A stretch of 63,993 nt of DNA, the filler included, from Octopus bimaculoides (lineage: Eukaryota): the NCBI RefSeq assembly GCF_001194135.2. It is 5 parts of 5 records of this genome, joined end to end, with 100 filler letters (N's around TTAATTAATTAA, not from the genome) between each part and the next. Parts side by side here need not be neighbours in the genome. Positions count along the whole stretch, not along the records: positions 42,169 to 62,770 come from NC_068987.1; positions 62,871 to 63,993 come from NW_026391752.1; 3 more parts are not named here. One strand, given 5' to 3'. The notes beneath the pieces were generated by a model. The model made no database searches. It saw only the letters and a list, made by a program, of their open reading frames with translations, and was not told the origin of the DNA. A program made the translations under genes and the position numbers. Shown in pieces: positions 52,420 to 63,993 of the stretch; position 1 is the stretch's first letter, and each line of letters begins with the position of its first letter.

Positions 52420-52810
52420 TTCTCCGTCCACTATTCCTGGAGTGGTCATAGGGGTAGAGTCCTCACACACCTCCTTCATAGGGTCCTATCAGAAGCAACT
52501 GTCATATGAATTTAGGATTGGATTCCGAAGCATGACCAATTGAGATTATGGATATTATCCAGTCGCCTTGTTCTGGTTCTGCCTCTACGTCTCTTGCCGG
52601 TTGGTTTGAAGAATCTACTTTGCGATTCTTTCCTGCGACTGTCTAATTACGTATCCATAGTATCAAAGTTGTGACTTTTCTATGCAGAGAAGTAGCCGTT
52701 CGACCTGGAGTGATTCCTTGATCTCTGAACTAAGCCCGCTTTTGAGTAACGAATCACCAAAGATCCTTCGAAAGAATTCCATTTAGGCCACTTGGATTCG
52801 CGATCGAACT
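52420..52810 (-). mobile_element. RTE LINE 3' fragment
   Basis: MEFFRRIFG..KPTGKRRRGRTRTRRLDNI..VASDRTL. Confidence 0.7.
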
Positions 52811-54325
52811 CTTTTGGTTATCCAATATTCAGGACCAAATTCATTCTGTCTTGTGATGGTAAACATACAAGAAACAAACAAAGCAATTTGGGATTTAACT
52901 TTTTTCTATTTGTGTTTCGCTTACTTTTTCTTGTTTCCTATTTTTCGTTCTTCCTTTTCTTCATTCCTTATGTTTGTCTCTCTCTCTCTCTCTCTCACAG
53001 CCTCTCTCATGTACTCTCTTAGTCTGTTCGTTTCTCATTCTCCTCCGGAAGTATTATGTATTTCTTTTGCTTGGTAAGCAGAGCTTAAAAGGTTTAGCAT
53101 CTCATAGCACAGCACCAACCAGTCAAGGGATACAAACTCATAACATATCCAGTGGAGACAACGAAGCAGTTGACGCGTTCGTTGATAATTCAATTCACAA
53201 ACTGATCGCTTTTGGATTGTTTTTGTAAAAGTTTGTCTGAGAAGGGTAGTGGCCATGATGTTTCTCGGGATCTCTGAGATTGGTGAGCAAGAGAGAGAGA
53301 GGGGGGAGAGGGGATGAGAAGAGGAAAGGGAGAAAGAGAGAAGTGTAATTCCAAGGGGACATCAGATTTATCAGAGAAAGAGATTGTGTGTGTGATATTC
53401 ATATTTTCGAAAAGAGAACAATTCATAAAAATAAATCGGACCTACCACAAACGCGAAATTGAAACCAAATTAAACCTACAATAATTAAAAAAAAAAATCT
53501 ATTAGTTTCTTGGTGACCAAGTAGTAAAACCCTATTTTCTAGAAGAAATGGTAAGGGCAAAGTCGTGACCATCAAACCCATTTCAATGATATTCGCTTCA
53601 TAGAGAATATTTAGGGAGTCAGAAATAAATGCTTAGTGGTATTCTTCTTGTTCTCAGCGCAAATGTCACCGAGGTCAGCTTTGCTTTTCAGCGTTGANNN
53701 NNNNNNNNNNNNNNNNNNNNNNNNNNNNNNNNNNNNNNNNNNNNNNNNNNNNNNNNNNNNNNNNNNNNNNNNNNNNNNNNNNNNNNNNNNNNNNNNNNNN
53801 NNNNNNNNNNNNNNNNNNNNNNNNNNNNNNNNNNNNNNNNNNNNNNNNNNNNNNNNNNNNNNNNNNNNNNNNNNNNNNNNNNNNNNNNNNNNNNNNNNNN
53901 NNNNNNNNNNNNNNNNNNNNNNNNNNNNNNNNNNNNNNNNNNNNNNNNNNNNNNNNNNNNNNNNNNNNNNNNNNNNNNNNNNNNNNNNNNNNNNNNNNNN
54001 NNNNNNNNNNNNNNNNNNNNNNNNNNNNNNNNNNNNNNNNNNNNNNNNNNNNNNNNNNNNNNNNNNTATATATATATATATATATATGTTTGGGTGTCTG
54101 CGTCCCCCCCCCCACCATTGTATGACAACCGATGTTGGTGTGTTTACGTCCCCGTAACTTAGCCGTTCGGCAAAAGAGTCCGACGGAATAAAGTACTAGG
54201 CTGACAAAGAATAAGTCCCGGAGTCGATTTGTTCGACTAAAAGGCGGTGTTCCAGCATGGCCGCAGTCAAATGACTGAATCAAGTGTCAGAATAAGAGTC
54301 GACTTGTGTAAATCCAGTTACAAGA

Positions 54326-54950
54326 TACAAGGTGCATTCCAGAAGTTTTGAGACTGATTCATGAGAAGACATTTGATAATTTCAAAGAAGTGCAAAACTC
54401 TAATCTCTTTCAAAATAGAATCTTCTGACTTCAATGCACTTCTTATAGCGCTGCAGACTCTTCGTGACAGCCCTTTGTCACACCTTATCTTCAAAACAGG
54501 ATCTCTTTCAGCCTGGAAAATAATCAAGTCACAGGGTGCAAGCTCTACACTGTAGGGGACAGTTTTGATGCTCACCACTGTCAAGTTGTTGGTTACCAGG
54601 ATGGAAGTGTGGACCTGTGCATTGTCCTGGTGCAGATGTTCTGGCCTTTTGCAACGAAGTCTCTTTCCGAACTCCCTCAAAACCTCCACAAACTGCTTTT
54701 TGGTGACCGCCTGACCAGAAGAAACGCAGTGGAAGTAGAAGATGCCCTTGCTGTGGAAAAAGGGGACCATCATGAGCTCTCCGGTGGACTTGCTTTGTCT
54801 GGCCCCTTGCACCAGTGAAAAACAAATGTTCGGCTTATACAAGTTAATCGATACAAGTTATACAAGTTAATCGATAAGCAGTCTGGAGAATTCCATAAGT
54901 TTCTGTAGTATTTTTGCTCAGCTTAACGCAAAACTTAATTGCATACTCTT
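54326..54950 (-). mobile_element. Mariner transposase remnant with TIR-like end
   Basis: ARQSKST.ELMMVPFF..HQDNAQVH..LAPCD; TACAAGGTGCATTCCAGAAGTTTTGAG at 54326. Confidence 0.85.
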
Positions 54951-56520
54951 TTACTCTTTTACTTGTTTCAGTTAATTGACTGCGGCCATGCTGGAGCACC
55001 GCCTTTTAGTCGAAGAAATCGACCCCAGGACTTTGTAAGCCTAGTACTTCTATCGGCCTTTTGCCGAACCGCTAAGTAATGGGTACGTAAACACCAACAT
55101 CGGTTGTCAAGCGATGGTGGTGGGGACAAACATACATAAACATACATACACTATATATATATANNNNNNNNNNNNNNNNNNNNNNNNNNNNNNNNNNNNN
55201 NNNNNNNNNNNNNNNNNNNNNNNNNNNNNNNNNNNNNNNNNNNNNNNNNNNNNNNNNNNNNNNNNNNNNNNNNNNNNNNNNNNNNNNNNNNNNNNNNNNN
55301 NNNNNNNNNNNNNNNNNNNNNNNNNNNNNNNNNNNNNNNNNNNNNNNNNNNNNNNNNNNNNNNNNNNNNNNNNNNNNNNNNNNNNNNNNNNNNNNNNNNN
55401 NNNNNNNNNNNNNNNNNNNNNNNNNNNNNNNNNNNNNNNNNNNNNNNNNNNNNNNNNNNNNNNNNNNNNNNNNNNNNNNNNNNNNNNNNNNNNNNNNNNN
55501 NNNNNNNNNNNNNNNNNNNNNNNNNNNNNNNNNNNNNNNNNNNNNNNNNNNNNNNNNNNNNNNNNNNNNNNNNNNNNNNNNNNNNNNNNNNNNNNNNNNN
55601 NNNNNNNNNNNNNNNNNNNNNNNNNNNNNNNNNNNNNNNNNNNNNNNNNNNNNNNNNNNNNNNNNNNNNNNNNNNNNNNNNNNNNNNNNNNNNNNNNNNN
55701 NNNNNNNNNNNNNNNNNNNNNNNNNNNNNNNNNNNNNNNNNNNNNNNNNNNNNNNNNNNNNNNNNNNNNNNNNNNNNNNNNNNNNNNNNNNNNNNNNNNN
55801 NNNNNNNNNNNNNNNNNNNNNNNNNNNNNNNNNNNNNNNNNNNNNNNNNNNNNNNNNNNNNNNNNNNNNNNNNNNNNNNNNNNNNNNNNNNNNNNNNNNN
55901 NNNNNNNNNNNNNNNNNNNNNNNNNNNNNNNNNNNNNNNNNNNNNNNNNNNNNNNNTATATATATATATATATATGGGTACAGGATGTCACAAAACGTAA
56001 ACATAAAATACGAAGACATTTTTTGCGAACAACGAGAGAGATAAATGGAAAACAAGACAAGTAACATAAAGAACGACCGTTCATCAGTTGTCGGCTGTTT
56101 ATCTACTCCACATTTCGAGGATTAGCTGTGTAGTCAATAACTTGCTTACCAACCACATCATTTGGGGTTCAGTCCTACTGCGTGGCACCTTGGGCAAGTG
56201 TCTTCTGCTATAGCCTCGGGCCGACCAAAGCCTTGTGAGTGGATTTGGTTGCCGGAAAATGAAAGAAGTCTGTCGTGTATGTATGTATGTATGTATGTAT
56301 GTATGTATGTATGTATGTATGTATGTATGTGAGTGAGTCTTTGTTTGTTCCCCATCGCTTGACAACCGATGGTGGTGTCTACGTCCTCATAAGACAGCGG
56401 TTCGGCAAAAGAGACCGATAGAATAAGTACTAGGCTTACGAGGAATAAATCCTGGGGTTGATTTGTTCGACAAAAGGTGGTGCTTCAGCATGGCCGCAGT
56501 CAAATGACTGAAACAAAAGA
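54950..56520. mobile_element. CORE-type SINE copies (54950-55163 -, 56120-56520 +; also 54086-54290 + and 62555-62760 -)
   Basis: Align to the 3631 copy. Confidence 0.8.
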
Positions 56521-56574
56521 ATACATACATACATACTAACAAGCATACATAATTTTCACATCAACAGTGATATA

Positions 56575-57510
56575 CACCGCGTCTACCTAAAACGAAAACA
56601 AGGCGGCAGAGGCTTAACATCGATCCAAAATGCCTTTGAATGTCGCATCAGATCCCTTCGGCAACATCTTTAAACCATCAAGCGTCGAAGCGCATTCCTT
56701 GACCAAGTTTGCATACATGAGTCTAATAACATCATAAGACTTGGAAGGTAGCTCCTTGAGCAACATTCCTTGTCATAAACTTAAATTCATTCCCAAAGAA
56801 GTCGCACGACTCTACCGCAACATATCAGATGAAAGGATAAGCAGGTGACCATGCATAGATATATTAGTAGAAAGCTCAGAGATGATCGTCAAAACAAACA
56901 CGGACCAACAACCGGATTACTACCTCCCCACTTTGAATGGTATACGTTTGCAATCTAGGAACAGGAAATATCAACCAAATACCTGATTCACAAAAGGGAC
57001 ATAAATTCAGGGAAAGCAGAAAAATGTGACAACCGATGCAGATTTTGTAGAGTTAACATCGCAGATATCACCCACATCATAAGCAGTCGTCCAAAAATGT
57101 CATCACAGTAATATCTACCGATGAGACCTGATGTTGTAGCTGAGATGCTGTATAACAAGATTCTTCGAAAGGATAACCCTGAGGATAAAGAAATAAGAAC
57201 CCACAGTATTGTAAAAGCCATAGCCACTCATAATAAAAAGGAATACTGGTGGAATGTACCAGTGAAGACCCCAATAAAATGTAAGCACAACAAACTTGAT
57301 ATAATGATTTGGGATCGAGAAAAGAAACCGTGTAGAGTTGTGGAAATTGACTGCCCAGCGCATGTTAACATAAAGCTGAAGATCAGTATAAAGAGAATAC
57401 CTACGCTGAACTATTGAGAAATCTGCAGTTACTCTATCCAGATTACAAGTTCCGGTTTATACCTGCAGTTATTGGGGCACTGAGATATGTAACACTGCCT
57501 AAATACGATG
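56575..57510 (+). mobile_element. R4/Dong-type non-LTR retrotransposon 3' fragment (RLE endonuclease)
   Basis: RVYLKRKQGGRGL, zinc knuckle CRFC..HIISS and KHNKLDIMIWD..VVEIDCP. Confidence 0.85.
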
Positions 57511-57575
57511 GCTTAAGTGGCCAAAACTTTGGAGTCACTGTCAAAATTATTCATGTTTAAGAATAATACACACAC

Positions 57576-58005
57576 ATAAAATAGTGTACATTTAAACACA
57601 AGAGAAAACTACCTTCAACAGGTAGTTTTTACACGCTAGAAGTAGTCAAAACAACTAAAACCACATTTAAGATCAATCTACAAAAGGAAACTGCGCTTGC
57701 GCGGTGAATTTGACAAATTATAATGTATAACGATGAGACACGTGTTATTCGTCTCTTAATCATATGTTAGTGTCATGGCGCGGTCACTGATAAGAAATTC
57801 GCCGAGCAAATTATTTTATTGGATAAAAAAATGTTGAAACCTCGGTCTGACCGGATTAAAATAACAAGGCAAATGTTTTTATTTTTCATTTCTTTTGAAG
57901 ATTGCTCTTAAATGTGGTGTTGGTCGTTTTGACTACTTCTTCTAGCGTGTAAAAACTGCCTGTTGAAGGCAGTTTTCTCTTGTGCTTAAATGTACACTAT
58001 TTTAT
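57576..58005. mobile_element. MITE-like element with ~115-bp terminal inverted repeats
   Basis: 57576-57690 is the reverse complement of ~57888-58005. Confidence 0.75.
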
Positions 58006-58114
58006 ATGAGAATATGTTGTCTGGGCCACTGGTAGTGAAATTTCTAAAGAAAACTCACTACACTGTATTTTACGTATATATACATATATATACATACATC
58101 TATACATTCATGTA

Positions 58115-59186
58115 TGTAGTGAAACTAACACCTCGATCGCCATTATATACAAAGAAGCCATCTTCTCTCGCTGTTATAAATATAATTAAGTTCGGGCGTA
58201 GTAGAAAACACCTTTCCCTGTCATCACATGACTAATTATTATTTGAAGCGGCAACTGCTTCGTACCGTTCCCGCCAGAACGCAAACTGACCAATCACAGC
58301 TCCTAGTAAGGTCACGTGATAGTGTTTTTCTAATACCTCTCTGGAGCCCCTATTTTGCTTTAAATAGACCAAATTATACCCAGCTAATTGGTCTCGGTTC
58401 AGATATCTTAGAGACCTGTTCCGTGTACCACACAGCATCAGTTCCAGCGACATCAACAGCATCTCCAACTGCGACTACCAGCATCGCCACCGCCAGTCAA
58501 CACGACACTACGACTACCACCAGCGTCAACACCACTTCAACTACGAACTACAAGATTCGCCACCAGCGTCGCCAACATCGTCAACATGACTTATACGTAC
58601 ACCAGCTAACTTCTAACTCTGTTTGTGCGATTCACCTTCGCCACGATAGACAACAGACAAGAACCTAGCCTGCGACGAACATCTGTATACAAGAACCCGG
58701 CTCGGCATGGAAGCCCTAACATCACGACGAGTGATCGCTCTGCCACACACGCCTCAACTTCTCACATACAGACTATTACTATTGTGTACTCAACAAACTG
58801 GCAAATTCTTATGCGTGTTAATGACTCTTTCTCTATCTGCTGTATATCACGCATACACATACATGTATCACTTACACACACTCTTTTCTTTATACGACAG
58901 CCTGGCTTTTATTATGTTTTCAATATGTCGCATTCACACTCACACACAGACATACATTTTAATGTCACAATAAATATTACTGTTATTCATCTTTATCGGT
59001 TGTGTTCTCTCGTCTTCCTTTACTGGCCATTTACGAATTCACTATGTTATCGAAGTATAACATATATATATATATCATCTTTGATATAATTTTTGTGTTC
59101 GACCGTGTGACGCGTTTAAATAAAAGGAGCCCTGTTTTTCCATTCGTCACCATTTCTCCTTTTGGGTTCGCACGGTCGTTCTTACA
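58115..59186 (+). mobile_element. Solo LTR, same family as 45614-46589
   Basis: TGTAGTGAAAC..CTTACA; CCAAT at 58290, CACGTG at 58313, AATAAA at 59119; TSD not resolved. Confidence 0.75.
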
Positions 59187-59195
59187 CACACACAC

Positions 59196-59241
<46 letters not shown>

Positions 59242-59242
59242 G

Positions 59243-59317
<75 letters not shown>

Positions 59318-59466
59318 ACGGATGTTCTAGAGATTCTCAATATAGAAAACACGTAATAACGTGCTAATATTATGAACTCCGAGCCCCCAGAAACAGCAGT
59401 CGAACTTATAACATCATACCGTCTCCCCTTTAATTTTCTGTGTCTTTGCACTGTGTAAGTTTGTCT

Positions 59467-59497
<31 letters not shown>

Positions 59498-59789
59498 CTC
59501 GAATATTCATCGTCTGAAAATTTTCTATCTTTGCTGTCTCTCTATTTACACGTATAGATGTTTATATATTTTATATATCAAACCCAAGCGGATAACTAAT
59601 TTCATGTTATTACATAACTGACTTTACAATTTGGGTAGTCATAACTTATTGGGAATTCCTAAGATCCTGTGTGTGACAGTTCGATATTCTCTGTAAATGC
59701 ACAAAAACCGTTTTAAGGGCTACATACTTTGTATTGTTAGTATTGGATTAGCGAAACAATTATGAGAATGGAACCAAGGGATAAGCCCC

Positions 59790-60281
<492 letters not shown>

Positions 60282-60599
60282 GGTTAGCCGTCACTCGAAA
60301 ACGAGTCTGGCCGTGTAACTTGTACCGTACTTTCACTATTTCTTTTAGGTGCCTATGCAGTTGCGTGCAGACATAGCCACACAGCTCTCCTACCCTTGAA
60401 CCGGCGAAATATCGTGGATGTTGACTGCCGGAGAGAGAGAGAGAGCTGCCCTAGTACTAAGTTGGTACTCATTTACACACTAGACTGGAGTAACGTGGAG
60501 ATATGTATACATGTGTGTGTGTGCTTACGTACATACATACATGCACACATGGCGGTTATCTGCTCCTTATGCAGAGTCTGACCACCTCTTATACCTACA

Positions 60600-61200
60600 T
60601 CTTAGATCCATCATGGCGTCTGATGTGGCTTTTTTAAACCAGACAAAAGGTCACAGATTCACCTTCTCGATCGCAACATTCTTCGTAAAATCTATCTTGA
60701 GTCCTGCATGTGTTATCCTGGCCTTCTCAAATGCTTTCACTCCACTCCACACTTTTTGTTTGCCATTCAGCTCGATGGTTTTAGGTTTACACCGGTTGCG
60801 TTTCCCCTCTGCAAGCTCACCATAAAACAGCTGTTTGAGTGTGCGTTCATCCGCCATTCGAACAATATGGCCAGATCATCTCATTTGCTTTTTCAGAATC
60901 ATTGATTTAATTGAAGTGATGCCTGCAGACGCAAAGACATCTGTGTCGGGAGTAAAAGAAAAGCCCCATTTAATGTATAAAATACAACGAAGGAATTTTT
61001 GGTGGAATCGTTCTAACAATTTGAAATGTCTTTCATAACACTTCCATGTTTCAGAAGAATACAACAAGGATGGTAAGACAAACGATTTGTAAAGAACCAA
61101 TTTTAGGTTGTTATTTATATGTCGTTGGCGCCAAACGCGTGACCCCAAACCACCAAATGCTTTGAATTCGCAGATGTATTTCTGTGTCCAGATTCCGTCA
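60600..61200 (-). mobile_element. RTE (BovB-like) LINE fragment
   Basis: LPSLLYSSETW..RFHQKFLRCILYIKW..GHIVRMADERTLKQLFYGEL. Confidence 0.9.
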
Positions 61201-61259
61201 TTTTGAATAGAGCTTCCAAGGTAAATGAGTTAACAACCTCAAGTAACTTACCCTTAATG

Positions 61260-61680
61260 ATTACATACATACATGGTTACATACATACATACATACATGG
61301 TTACACACATACATACATACATAGTTACACACATACATACATACATACATACATGGTTACACACATATATACATACATACATACATGGTTACACACATAC
61401 ATACATACATACATGGTTACATACATACATACATNNNNNNNNNNATGGTTACATACATACATACATACATACATGGTTACATACATACATACATACATGG
61501 TTACATACATACATACATACATACATGGTTACATACATACACACATACATACATACATACATACATACATACATACATACATACATGGTTGCATACATAC
61601 ATACATACATACATGCATACACACATACCACACATCTTACATACATACATGATTACATACATATACATACATATATGTAT
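61260..61680. repeat. (TACA)n microsatellite with periodic TGGTTA interruptions
   Basis: About ten TGGTTA variants spaced 23-33 bp apart. Confidence 0.9.
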
Positions 61681-63993
61681 GTGACTGTCTGTCTGTCTCT
61701 GTCTGTACACACTTATGTATTAAGTTCTATCACGCCAATAATTTGTTCTTACAAACCTATACAACACACTCAATCACTGACCCTTTTTCTTTCCGTTTTT
61801 TTTTCTTTTGTTTTTATGAGTATGTCTGAGCGGAAATAAATTACTCGGGCCGGTGACTAGAAAGTTCAACTCTAATCCAATAGGCAAACAAACATGATGA
61901 TAAACACCACGAAGACGATTAATCCGCTTCAAATGTTTATTAGGCTTGTCTTTTGTAATGGAATTAGTTCGAGAACAATGGCAAATACTGTCTCTTAATT
62001 ATCTTTGCATATTGTAATATGGAAGACAGTGATTAGATTGTGATGTTTCTGTTAAATGTTTTTATCACCGAGATTTTCCTCAGACCGCCCATATTAGTGT
62101 TTGATTCACTTAAACTGTCTGTGCAAGTATTGACATCAATGAGTCGTGACATATATCTCTCTGGCTTTGACTGTCGTTGCTGCTGCTGCAACTACTGTTG
62201 TTGTTGATCAACCTTTATTCAATAAACTTCTGATCTGCGCTAGATTAACCATTGAAATAAACACGTCCTTAGAGCATCAAGGGAAGCAGGATGCCACAAA
62301 TTTAGTAAATGTTTTACAGTACAAAAGAAATCATTTTAAACTTGCTAAAGTAATATTTAAAGTGGTTTATATGATCGGAAATATAATTTTGAAGTACATG
62401 GTGCCATAGTGAGGATCGGATCAAAGACTTTGGAATTTTTTTTTAAAAGTAGAAAACCTTCCAAATATAGATAAAGTCGAAGAATACAAAAATGAACATT
62501 ATTTTCCATCTTTTTGTTAGTTTTGTTTATTTTATTTAGATTCTTTATTATTACTTTTTTTACTTGTTTCAGTCATTTGACTGCGGTCATGCTGGAGCAC
62601 CGCCTTTTAGTCGAAGAAATCGACTCAGGACTTATTCTTTGTAAGCCTAGTACTTATTCTATTGGTTTCTTTTGCCAAGCCGCGAAGTTACGGGGACATA
62701 AACACACCAACATTGGTTGTCAGGCGATGGCGGGGGAACACACACACACACAAATAAATAAATAAATAAANNNNNNNNNNNNNNNNNNNNNNNNNNNNNN
62801 NNNNNNNNNNNNNNTTAATTAATTAANNNNNNNNNNNNNNNNNNNNNNNNNNNNNNNNNNNNNNNNNNNNCACACACGCACACACACACACACACACACA
62901 CATGTATATATACTGAGAGAGAGAGAGAGAGAGAGAGAGAAAGAAAGATAGATACAAAGAGACAGATGGATAGAGTAGTGTCTCAAGAGTTTTTTGTGCT
63001 TCATGCTATGATGTTTATAAAACTTAAGATTTTTAAATTCCGTATAATACATGATAGAAATATCTTTTTGAAAGGAAACTGAAATTAAAAAGCTGCATTA
63101 AACTACAGGAATATCCAATAAATGGATTTAATGGAAATATTGAAATGCTATAAACGCCATATACTCAGAGATAAGGAAAAAAAAAGTAAGATTCAAACCC
63201 AAAAGCAGTGAATGTATACAAAAGCAAAGACGGAAAAAAAACCGGAGAAATGTTACACGAATACAAATGCAAATAACAGGACATAACAACAGTTGTCTTT
63301 CGACTAAGGACGAATTAAATTAAGCTGGCGAGTGTGGAAGTAAAGCCTTATGGTAGGGACACAAGATTTCACAGGCACAGGAAAGAATATAGATGTTGCA
63401 CAGATGGTAGTGGAGCCAAGAAAGAAAGGTCAGGCTTGGCCGAACACCAGTCACTTGGGGAGAGAAGAGAGAGAGGTAGAGGCAGAGGGATAGAAGAATT
63501 AAGGAGGGGCAAGAAAAAATGAAAGGGACACAGTGAAGTGAAAGAGGAAGGAAAGTGAGCATGAAGAGAAGGCAATGAAATGTGAGAGAGGGGGAACGAA
63601 AGAACGAAGAGTAGAATGAACACAGTAAGTGTAAAAGGGCTGATAGAAAGAAGAAAAGAATGAACGAATAGAAAGAATAATAGAGTCGTACAAAATTTAG
63701 ATATATATATACTTACATATAATAGACCAAAGTGTATATACGCCGCTATATTTTTTTATATAAAAAATACAAAAAATGGGACAAGAACGCAAAACATCCA
63801 GACTTAGGTGATACAAGAAAGGGACAAAACATCCAGATAGACGATACAAAGAAAACAAGGACAGGTCATTCAGAGTTGTCTTTCCTTGGTCAAGTTCCAG
63901 ATTAACTTTGCAATTTCGTATATATATATATTTTATTATATGCATTTATTTTCTCTTAGTTAATAATTAACTCGGACAAAATAAATTGGTTAA

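Overview
AT-rich, gap- and microsatellite-rich animal DNA, most likely an Octopus genome assembly (inferred from effector-less [17 protein letters not shown]2H2 arrays, octopus-type tRNA SINEs and RTE/Dong/Penelope debris; no database search was run). Four artificial 100-bp spacers (44N-TTAATTAATTAA-44N) split the window into five separately assembled pieces, so adjacency across them is not evidence. Segment 1 (1-16377) contains only repeats. Segment 2 (16478-33071) is a cluster of three C2H2 zinc-finger genes (11, at least 23, and 21 fingers); the outer two are inverted paralogs. Segment 3 (33172-42068) holds the last three exons of a class B (secretin-family) GPCR that the ORF track misses. 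It carries substitutions at three canonical activation-switch residues, and an inverted copy of its TM6-TM7 exon lies in the next intron. Segment 4 (42169-62770) holds three spliced exons of a Cys-rich, N-glycosylated extracellular protein on the minus strand. One of its introns contains a ~339-bp Penelope/retrozyme-like repeat with a minimal type I hammerhead ribozyme in the sense orientation, and another contains a solo LTR. No CRISPR array, rRNA or true tRNA gene was found. Most long ORFs in the track are artefacts of N gaps or microsatellites. Identity figures are by-eye alignments and repeat boundaries are approximate.
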